Positions 1-9,140 of a DNA stretch of 64,000 nucleotides are shown here, in pieces (position 1 is the stretch's first letter; each line of letters opens with the position of its first letter). The translations under genes and the position numbers were made by a program. The notes beneath the pieces were generated by a model, which was not told where the DNA came from, made no database searches, and saw only the letters and a list, made by a program, of their open reading frames with translations. Origin of the DNA: Eledone cirrhosa (lineage: Eukaryota); the NCBI GenBank assembly GCA_964016885.1, contig OZ024743.1, forward strand, positions 164,796,001-164,860,000. The letters are read 5' to 3'.

Positions 1-152
1 AAAAATCTTAGGCAATTCCGGCTAGTAAGCATAAACTGTATAAAACATTTTTGTATTACAGCCCAACATTATATCGTATCGGATAGTATGGACACTATGC
101 TGGCGATATACGTCATGATGTGGTAAGAACAATCTAACTTTATACCCAAATT

Positions 153-316
153 TTATTTATATATGTATGTGTATATGTATATATATATATGTGTGTGGGG
201 GGTATGTATATATATATGTATGTGTGTGTGTATATATGTGTGTATGTATATATGTGTTTGTGTATGTATATATATATATATGTGTGTGCGTGTGCGTGTA
301 TGTATATGTGTGTGTT

Positions 317-378
<62 letters not shown>

Positions 379-600
379 CGTATATAGTAATAATAAAATT
401 TGAAGATCCCGTTAAGGGTGAAAGCAGCGATTCTTTGCTTAAACTTTAATGTTATTTTAATAAATATATACGTATATATATATATATAAGTAGGTGTATA
501 TATACATTTGTGCGCGCGCATGTAAACACGTGCATATACATGTGTACATGACACACGTACACGTGCATATGCGTATACATGTGTATAATTTTTATATACT
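153..600. repeat. Compound (TA)n/(TG)n/(CA)n microsatellite region
   Basis: Dinucleotide runs directly visible; the YI/CV/HT-rich ORFs here are translation artefacts. Confidence 0.95.
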
Positions 601-1104
601 ATATCTTCGTTTACGCATGTATCCACACCGGTCAGCGCATACTTATGTACGAGCCTAAATCATTATTACTTTTACTTTTACTATTATTTGTAGTGTCTTA
701 TTTATTTCCTTGTGTTGCGTAGGTAATTGAATAAGGTAGAGTAAATTTCCAATTTTAATTTAGGCACAATAAACTATAGAACTGTTGAACAGTTGAACTG
801 AAGCGAAGATGTAACAATAATAACAATATTGAATGTAATTCCGTGGCGACAGAAAGAAACCGTCAGAGCTGTTAGACTGTACTTCGAAACTGTTGGATAA
901 AATTGTGTACCCCCGTTTATCCGATGCACAATATATAGTAAAAAAACACGAGCACTTCTGAAACATAGTCGTTAAATAATTAAACAATCACACAACACTT
1001 TTTAGATAACACTCAATACGATTTCAATACGCGACATTATTAATAGCTTCATTTTTTATGTTTAATCATTTTACTTTTATTAACACCATTTTCCATATAT
1101 GGTA

Positions 1105-1410
1105 GCAGGAAATCAGGCGTACTCGGACCCCGTACTGCCGAGCTCCTCCGAAAGATCGGAACGTTGGCAGCCCGTCCAAGGACGGAGCCTCGCGAGGTGG
1201 GGTGGCTGTTGCAGCAGGTATCTCTGGCCATTGTCCACGGAAATGCTTTTGCAGTCTAGATCGCAGGGCGCAGTCCCAGCCAGCCGCGCCCTAGGTCCAG
1301 AGCCCACCATTCTCTCCCTCCCATCTTCTGTGACACTAGATCGCTGCTTTTCTCTTCCTTTTCCGTTTGTAAATATTAATGAATTTATTTTTACGGTAAA
1401 AAAAGAAAAA
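1105..1410 (+). mobile_element. 3' end of a CRE-like (RLE-type) non-LTR retrotransposon
   Basis: A frame not in the ORF track reads SGVLGPRTAELLRKIGTLAARPRTEPREVGWLLQQVSLAIVHGNAFAV*, matching the CRE-type C-terminal pattern GxxGP...LxQRxSxAIxRGNA; followed by a short UTR and A-rich end. Confidence 0.65.
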
Positions 1411-1411
1411 T

Positions 1412-1599
1412 TAATAATTGTTTCTACTTTAGGCACAAGGCCAGCAATTACCCAGTGCATTACTGGTACTTTATTTTATCGACCCCGTAAGGATGAAAGA
1501 CAAAGTTAACCTCGGCGGGATTTTAACTCAGAATGGCAAGGGCCATAACTCTATGCTGCAAAGCATAGCGTCCGACCCTCTACCGATATTGCCAATCCA
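1412..1599 (-). mobile_element. tRNA-derived SINE, full length (copy 1)
   Basis: Reverse complement shows A-box-like TGGCAATATCGG, B-box-like GAGTTAAAATCCC, central CTTTCATCCTTACGGGGTCGATAAAATAAAGTACCAGT and tail GGCCTTGTGCCTAAAGTAGAAACAATTATT. Confidence 0.9.
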
Positions 1600-1605
1600 G
1601 AAAAA

Positions 1606-1790
1606 ATAATAATTGTTTCTACTTTTGGCACAAGGCCAGCAATTATCCCAGTGTATTACTGGTACTTTATTTTATCGACCCCGTAAGGATGAAAGGCAAA
1701 GTTAACCTCGGCGGGATTTGAACTCAGTCCGTAAAGGGACGTAACTGTGCTGCAAAGCATGGCACCCGACCCTCTACCGATACTGCCAAA
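1606..1790 (-). mobile_element. tRNA-derived SINE (copy 2), tandem with copy 1
   Basis: Same head, core and tail as copy 1. Confidence 0.9.
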
Positions 1791-1854
1791 CAATATTGAC
1801 GTAATCTACGAGAATAATGCATAAGATTTCAAACATATTATTTCACTAAAATGT

Positions 1855-2040
1855 GGTGGATTGGCAGTATCGGTAGAGAGTCGGACACCATGCTTTGAAG
1901 CATAGAGTTACGTCCCTTTATGATCTGAGTTCAAATCTCGCCGAGGTTAACTTTGCCTTTCATCCTTACGGGGTCGATAAAATAAAGTACCAGTAATGTA
2001 CTGGGTATTTGCTGGCCTTGTGCCTAAAATAGAAACAATT
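1855..2040 (+). mobile_element. tRNA-derived SINE (copy 3) with 18-bp TSD
   Basis: A box TGGCAGTATCGG, B box GAGTTCAAATCTC; TSD ATTATTTCACTAAAATGT at 1837-1854 and 2038-2055. Confidence 0.93.
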
Positions 2041-2153
2041 ATTTCACTAAAATGTTGAAACACCAGCGTTCTCTAAAAAGAATATTTGTCTCCTGATTTT
2101 TTTCATAACAAAAATGTTTTTTCCCCAGCAAGAATATGTTCTTCTCGTTCCAC

Positions 2154-2254
2154 ATAATTGTTTCTACTTTAGGCACAAGGCCAGCAATCACCCAGTGCAT
2201 TACTGGTACTTTATTTTATCGACCCCGTAAGGAAGAAAGGCAAAGTCAATCTCG
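2154..2254 (-). mobile_element. 5'-truncated SINE (copy 4) with 16-bp TSD
   Basis: Core plus tail only; TSD TCTCGTTCCACATAAT at 2143-2158 and 2250-2265. Confidence 0.9.
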
Positions 2255-3346
2255 TTCCACATAATGACGTGATTATCCATGCAGATATTTCGCCCATCTC
2301 AAAAGAATGGCATGACGTATCGCTGTTATGTCTTCCTGTTTTCTAAAGGCAATATTTTGTCGTAACCTTTTTTCGAAATATTTATTTCTGCGTCTACAGA
2401 TTAATTTTTCTCAGTTTCAGAAGAACCTGTTTGGGGTGAAAGCAGAAATTATTTGCTTAATCATTAATCTGGACTAATCATAAATATTTGCTCTCCGGGT
2501 TTATATATACTTGTGTATATACAATCCTTATCGCGCCCTCTTCGGATTTTGGTGTGTGTATTTATTATTCATATATATATATATAATTCTGAAAATAAAA
2601 TGTTCAAGGGATTTACTAACATCATAAAGAATATATATATATATATATATGGGGGACGGTAGCTTTTGAAATTTTACAGGCGGTCAAGCCTACGCCAGTT
2701 TCTTTTCTTCTCCCATTTATTCCTGGGAGTGTCGTGGGGGCAGAGTCCTCAAACACTCCTTCCAGCAAGTTCTGTCACAAGCAACCTTCTCCAACTAATC
2801 CGGTTGGATCCCCAAGCGAGACCATGGATATTATCCAACCATCTTCCTCGGGGTGTACCCCTGGGTATCCCGTCGGTTGGTTTTGCCCGTAAAACCTGTC
2901 CAGCGATTCATTCCTTAGTCACTCTAACTAGATGTCCATATATTGGAGCTGTGATCTCTCAATTTGGTGAAGTAGCAGCTCTATCTTAAACGACTGGCGC
3001 CTTCGAAGGAATCCTATTTCAGCAGGAATACTATTTCATTCGTGATCGTATCATTTCGATCATTACCCAAGACTAGCAGAAAAACCACCATTCGGGTGGT
3101 TTTCTGCTAGCATGTGTAGTGTGCATATTGATATTATACGCAAATATATATGCATGTAGATACGATACGTCAAATAAAATCATAATCGATAGTATGCACA
3201 GAAATTGAAGAGAGACCATGTTACACTGTCTTCTGTAATCAGTAAAGTAATCCATGATTAAAAAAGACGATATTATATATAAACTGCATTATAGTGAAAT
3301 GTAATGAAAACGAAAAAGGAGAAAATTAGCGGTGGAAACATAAACG

Positions 3347-3842
3347 TTATGATATAACGAAGCGATGTAACGATATAACGAAGCGATGTAACGATATAAC
3401 GAAGCGATGTAACGATATAACGAAGCGATGTAACGATATAACGAAGCGATATAACGATATAACGAAGCGATGTAACGATATAACGAAGCGATGTAACGAT
3501 ATAACGAAGCGATGTAACGATATAACGAAGCGATGTAACGATATAACGAAGCGATATAACGATATAACGAAGCGATGTAACGATATAACGAAGCGATGTA
3601 ACGATATAACGAAGCGATGTAACGATATAACGAAGCGATGTAACGATATAACGAAGCGATATAACGATATAACGAAGCGATGTAACGATATAACGAAGCG
3701 ATGTAACGATATAACGAAGCGATGTAACGATATAACGAAGCGATGTAACGATATAACGAAGCGATATAACGATATAACGAAGCGATGTAACGATATAACG
3801 AAGCGATGTAACGATATAACGAAGCGATGTAACGATATAACG
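3347..3842. repeat. 21-bp minisatellite (about 23.5 units) with 105-bp higher-order period
   Basis: Unit GATATAACGAAGCGATGTAAC; variant ending GATATAAC recurs every 5th unit (RYIVISL at units 4, 9, 14, 19 in the - strand translation). Confidence 0.97.
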
Positions 3843-3925
3843 GACGCTACCCGGAAGTGTAGACATTTGAAAATGTTAAAAGAAGTGAATCTTAAAATAA
3901 GCAATCATTATATATAAGAATAATA

Positions 3926-4100
3926 GGCACGGATTGGCAGTATCGGTAGAGGGTCGGACGCCATGCTGTCCAGCATAGTTACGTCCCTTTACGACCTGAG
4001 TTCAAATCCCGCCGAGGTTGACTTTGCCTTTCATCCTTACGGGGTCGATAAAATAAAGTACCAGTAATTGCTGGCCTTGTGCCTAAAGTAGAAACAATTA
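3926..4100 (+). mobile_element. tRNA-derived SINE (copy 5) inside Helitron unit 1
   Basis: Full SINE; TSD ATTATATATAAGAATA at 3907-3922 and 4097-4112; absent from unit 2. Confidence 0.92.
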
Positions 4101-4262
4101 TATATAAGAATATTTACGTTTAATCAATAGCTACGAAATTTAGTAGATAAATTATGTAATATTCATTCATTATTTATTCAAAGTAATCCAACTTATTTTA
4201 CTAACGGAATAACAGATATATTCAGGACGCAGTTCCGCACTCCTCCCTTTATTATATTATGA

Positions 4263-4739
4263 CTAGCAGAAAAACCACCCGAAGGATGGTTTTCTGCTAG
4301 CATGTGTAATGTGCATATTGATATTATACGCAAGTATATATGCATGTAGATATGATACATCAAATAAAATCGTAATTGACAATATACGCAGAAATTGAAC
4401 GGAGACTGCGTTACACTCTCTTATGTAAATCTATGATACATTAAAAAAAGACGATATTATATATAAACTGCATTAGGAGAAAATTAGTGGCGGAAATATA
4501 TGAATGTTTATTTAAGCAATCGCTAACCAGAAGTGTTGACATTTGAAAATTTTAAAGAAGTGAATCTTAAAATAAGCAACAATATTATTTATATTTAATC
4601 AAGAATAACGAAATTTAGTAGATACATTATGTAATATTCATTCATTATTTATTCAAAGTAATACAACTTATTTTACAAACGGGATAAAAAAATATATTCT
4701 GGACGCAGTCCCGCACACCTTACTTTATTATAGTTTAGA
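4263..4739 (-). mobile_element. Non-autonomous Helitron, unit 2 (about 477 bp)
   Basis: Colinear with unit 1 minus its insertions; - strand 5' TCTAAACTATAATAAAG, 3' hairpin + CTAG. Confidence 0.85.
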
Positions 4740-6245
4740 TTCATGACCATGGTTAGGCGTTGGCAGGAATACCGAATTGAAGATAGCAAGATTGGCTTTT
4801 ACACCTACCTCAATTCTTCTGATTACCGAATGCTGAAGCTGGCACAATACTACCCCAGCTCATACAATTCTTGCAGTTAATTCAACCTCCTGCCTTCCAT
4901 CACTCGTGAACACAGCCCCGAGATACTTGAACTTCTCCACCTGCTTCAGTGGTACTCAATTCACATGTAGAGTGCACTGCGCAGACTTCGTTGAGAGGAC
5001 GAATGTCTGTCTGTTTTCGTAGCTCTGATTTTCGTTCCAGCCATGCAGCAACTCGACATCAAACCTATCGAGTGCAAGTCGGAGATCACTTTCCGTCGAG
5101 TTAAGTAACACCATGTCGTTTGCAAATTCTAGTCGACTGATTTTACATCTGTCAGTTATGATACCACTTCCAACCCGGCTGCACGTGTCAACCCTGTTCA
5201 TGAAAATAAGGAACAGGAGAGGTGACAGTGCGCACTCTTGGTGGAGTTCGACACAAATACTCGGGTATTTACATAGAGACATCAGGGCAGCAAGAAGCTG
5301 ACCATCGATCCCATACTACTGCAGAACATTCCACAGTAGGTCCCGAGGAACGCGGTCATGTGCCTTTTCGAGGTCTATAAAATAAAAATATACCTCTTGG
5401 CAATTATCCCACAATTTCTCGAAGACCTGCTGCAGTGTGAATATTTGGTCGGCTGTGCTACGTCCGGGGCGAAAACCACAATGTCCATCAGCTAGTTTTG
5501 ACTTGACAATCACCATGCATCTCTTTGCCAGACACTTAGCAGAGAATTTACCAGGAAGGCTTAAAAAGGAGATCCCTCTGTAATTGAACTAATCCCTCTT
5601 GTCTCCCTTTTTGAAAATTGGGCTTATCAATCACTATTGCCATTGCTTAGGTGCCTTTCCTGAAATTCTAGCTAGTTGGCACAGACGAGCCAGAATACTT
5701 TCTGTATTTAAGGTTTTGAACATCTCGAAGCGGATTTCATCTTCCTCGGTGGTCTTGTCACATTTGAGCTCTTTAACTGCTCTTGTGACCTCAGCCTCCA
5801 AGAGATTAGTCACCACTCTCAGATGCACCTGGTGTACATCAGAAGATGCTGTTGTGATTGATTTCAGAGGATCAGCAAAGTATTCTCTCCACCTCGCGAG
5901 GATGCACCTCTCTGAAGAGAGGAAAACCCATGACGCGTTCCATATGCAGGTATGGAAGAGGTCTTCTTGTTACTAAGTTGGCTGGTGGTCGGCCTGAACA
6001 CTTTATTTGTTGATATGAAGTCGGATTCTAGCTCCAAAGTCCTCCCATGTCTTAACTTTGTGTGCATTTACTGTCTCTGCTGCGATTCTTTGTGTCTGCT
6101 TGTACCGCAAATGCAAGAAGGAGAACTTATTTCCAAGCCAAGTTTTATATGCCTCCATCTTTGCATGAATGACATCTTTGAAACCTCTTGATTGAACCAA
6201 GGGGTTTCCCTGCCATCCGGCGCAACCAGATATGATGGTTCGTTC

Positions 6246-7545
6246 TGATATAAGCGGGAAAAATGACGGTCGAATAAACAACCTCGGACCAATATCGGTA
6301 AACTATTAGGGGATGTGGAAAATGTGTGACACCTATAACTTCCAAGAAAACTCCCACAACCCAGTGACGTTGCTATAACGAGGTGGGTAAAGGCCGCCTC
6401 TAAAAAAACTAGTCTTCGCAGGTTTGAGAAAGTACCAGATTGGTGACTGGCGTTAATATGACCACCGAAACTGCAACAGCAAAATAGTAAAAGGAATAAA
6501 AAGAGAACCATATCTCATCGTCCTTTGCATTAACAAGGGACGCATTCGGGCATTAGCTGGAGGGGCCTGTTCGAAAAATATATTGTAGTCTCCCTTTCAT
6601 GCCGCAAAACCTGGTGATGGGCCTGCAACCATGCCTGGGAGGCGTGGGATGGACGCATAAAGACTGTGTATACCGAGAGCCCAAAGAGGGTCCGGAAGAG
6701 AGCAAACTTGACAATCGGAACCTGGAACATCACAACTGTTACAGGTAAGGAAGAGGAACTAGTGAAGGAGGCTAGGTGCTACCGGCTAGATATGGTCGGG
6801 ATTTTCGTGGCTCTGGCTCTGTAGATTTGGATGGAGGATAGAACTCTAACATTTAGGTGTGGCACCATAAATGACTGCATAGGCGGGAGTGAGGATACTC
6901 ACAAGTCCCCAGCTGTCAGAATGTGTTGTAGGCTGGATCCCATTAGGAGGGAGGATTTGCCTCTTGAAGCTTAGACTGAAAGATAGGTCTCTGTGGGTGG
7001 TGCAAGTTTGTGCTGCAAGTTTATGCACCAATCAAGTATTCCGAATACAGGACCTTCCTTGAAGAAGTTACTGCAGTGTTAGATGTAGTTAAGACTGATA
7101 TATATCCGGTTGGGTGACTTCAATGCACATATTGGCATTGACCATTTGACAGGAGTGATTGGAAGGAATGGCGACTCTGATCTAAATATGAATGCAGAGG
7201 CCATACTAGACTTCTGTTATAGCAATGAATTCTCTATTATGAACACCTTCTTCCAGCACAGAAACATCCATAAATATACATGGTATAAGGGGAATCAGGG
7301 ACAGAGATCAATAATTGATTTTGTTATTGTCTCTAATCTTTTCGATTCTCAGCTGGATGTTCGTGTTAAGAGAGGGGCTGAGCTGTCAACTGATCACCAT
7401 CTAGTTATCTGCAACTTGAAACTATCTAAAGCCAAAGAAGCCCCAAAATGGGCACGTCCAGGGCAACCTACAGCATAAAGGGGGAAGTGTTGGTGCATAA
7501 AAAAGTCAGGACTATATATGAGGAAATTGAGGACGTTGAAACAAA
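6246..7545 (+). mobile_element. RTE-clade LINE 5' part (UTR and APE endonuclease), inverted relative to its 3' part
   Basis: LTIGTWNITTVTGKEEELV near 6710; GDFNAHIG, IMNTFFQHRNIHKYTW, IIDFVIVS, LSTDHHLV in ORF 7110-7478. Confidence 0.85.
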
Positions 7546-7884
7546 TATCAAATTATTTATTTAAATATATATTTCCCTGTGCAGAAATAACTCACATGAC
7601 TTACGTTGTATATTATCAGTATATTGCATGTCAGTAGATCACGCACACAAGCACACACGTGTACTTACACACATAAGCACACATACACTCAACTGGACAA
7701 ACATCCCAACATTGGTGACTCTGACTTATCAAACAGCCTTTGGATGCATTTTCTGGTGCATTTGCTGATGCTGCATGTAGCTTTCGGATAATGTAGGGAA
7801 ACAACGGCAGCGACATCATTCACCTTACAACAGTTGGTTATCCCTGACATATTAATAGATAGTCTGATTAACAACGAAAAGAAC

Positions 7885-9140
7885 AACTTTGGCGCATCAT
7901 GACGTTAGTTGATCTCGAGCAGATGTGTGCGGTGTTTCAGCAGCACCTCGCTTAACTGTTCGGAAGCAGTGGTGGACCAGATCACGGAATGGTCTGCCGT
8001 AGCTCTCGGCGGCGGAAGCATAGTACTGCGAAAGACCGATAACTACCGCTGAAATACAGAAGGCAATAACTGACTGCGTGAGGTGTAAATCGTCTGGTTT
8101 GAATGGTCTTCCCTACGAGCTTTACGTACACATGTTCGCTTACCTCTTGGCAGACATCCGCTGCAACTGGCAGCAGAACATGAGAATTCCCAGTTCTGTG
8201 AGCACAGGAGTGGTGATACTGCTGAGAAAGAACCCGAACAAGAAGGGCAACGTAAAGAATTTCAGGCTCATAACTCTACTGAACATAGAGTTCAAAATTT
8301 TCGCAATGATATTAGCAACGAGATTGGCGCTTGTGGTCAAGAGTCTTGTGGGAGAAGTTTCGACATGCGCCATTCCCAAGAGAACCATCCACGACAATTT
8401 CCACCTCATGCGATACATCATAGAGGGTAGCTAAGGAATCTGATACGGGTGGAGCCCTGATCAATTTAGATAATTCGATAGGGTCGACAATCAATACCTG
8501 GCGGCCGGCTTCTTGTCCATTTTTAGAGGCTGGGTTGCTGGCATGCACAGCGACATCAGCTCGATGGTGAAAGTGAACGGTCACCTTTCGGAACCATTCA
8601 ACATCATGCGCTCGGTCCACCAATGTTGTACCATGTTATAGAGCCATTACTACACAAACTGGAGACGACGTTGAGAGGCATCCCCGCGAACTGGAATGCG
8701 GGAGAACCGTGTCAGCTTATGCCAACGACTTCCCCGTAGTGATGTCGAACGCCAAACACACTGAGGCGATGGGTATTGCTCTAAGAGAATACGAGGCAGT
8801 GACAGGAGCAAAGATTAACCAGGAAAAGTTGGTGGGTCTGGGACTCAACACCTGGAGAGGTAGGTCCATACTGTCCAACAGGCGCTGGACGGACGGACCG
8901 GTTAAATTGCTAGGAGTCTGTTTTGGTCCGGACCTCCAGCAAGACAAAAACTAGGACGAAGTGACGAGCAAGTGGACCAAGAGAAAACTATTCCTGAAAG
9001 GTTGCGCGGAGGTGGCGAACGCGTACATCTCGTCCATCATCTACTACCACCTGACCGTCGAGAGTTGTCCTAAGCCTCGTCTGACTGCACTGGAGCGTTT
9101 GCTCATTCGCTTTTTGTAGAAGGGACGCACTCCGATGGTC
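7885..9140 (+). mobile_element. Tx1/L1-clade LINE, ORF2 RT fragment (A1)
   Basis: KSSGLNGLPYELY, NFRLITLLNIEFKI, SAYAND, KINQEK, VKLLGVCFG; many stops and frameshifts. Confidence 0.85.

Larger units (their letters stand above)
3073..4262 (-). mobile_element. Non-autonomous Helitron, unit 1 (contains minisatellite and SINE)
   Basis: On - strand begins TCATAATATAATAAAG and ends hairpin + CTAG (CTAGCAGAAAACCACCCGAATGGTGGTTTTTCTGCTAG); dimer sits between host A3072 and T4740 with no TSD. Confidence 0.85.
2650..6245 (-). mobile_element. RTE-clade LINE, 3' part (RT and C-terminus), decayed, split by the Helitron dimer
   Basis: Motifs TPWFNQEV, GFRPGRSTADQIFTLQQVFEK, FIDLEKAHDRVPR, LHQECALSPLLF, FANDMVL; LTYGHESWVM is restored when 3073-4739 is removed. 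Confidence 0.88.

Noticed and set aside
153-626. ORFs rich in YI/CV/HT/SL/RE (also near 35-37 kb and 54.5-57.5 kb)
   Set aside because: Translations of dinucleotide microsatellites.
760-987. Non-repetitive 75-aa ORF as a possible host exon
   Set aside because: No recognisable domain and no convincing splice-site pair.
3273-3904. 197-aa and 185-aa heptad-repeat ORFs, or a CRISPR-like array
   Set aside because: Pure tandem 21-mer with no unique spacers; open frames follow from unit length being a multiple of 3.
7630-7885. Unassigned unique-looking segment
   Set aside because: No motif, terminal structure or splice support that I can identify.
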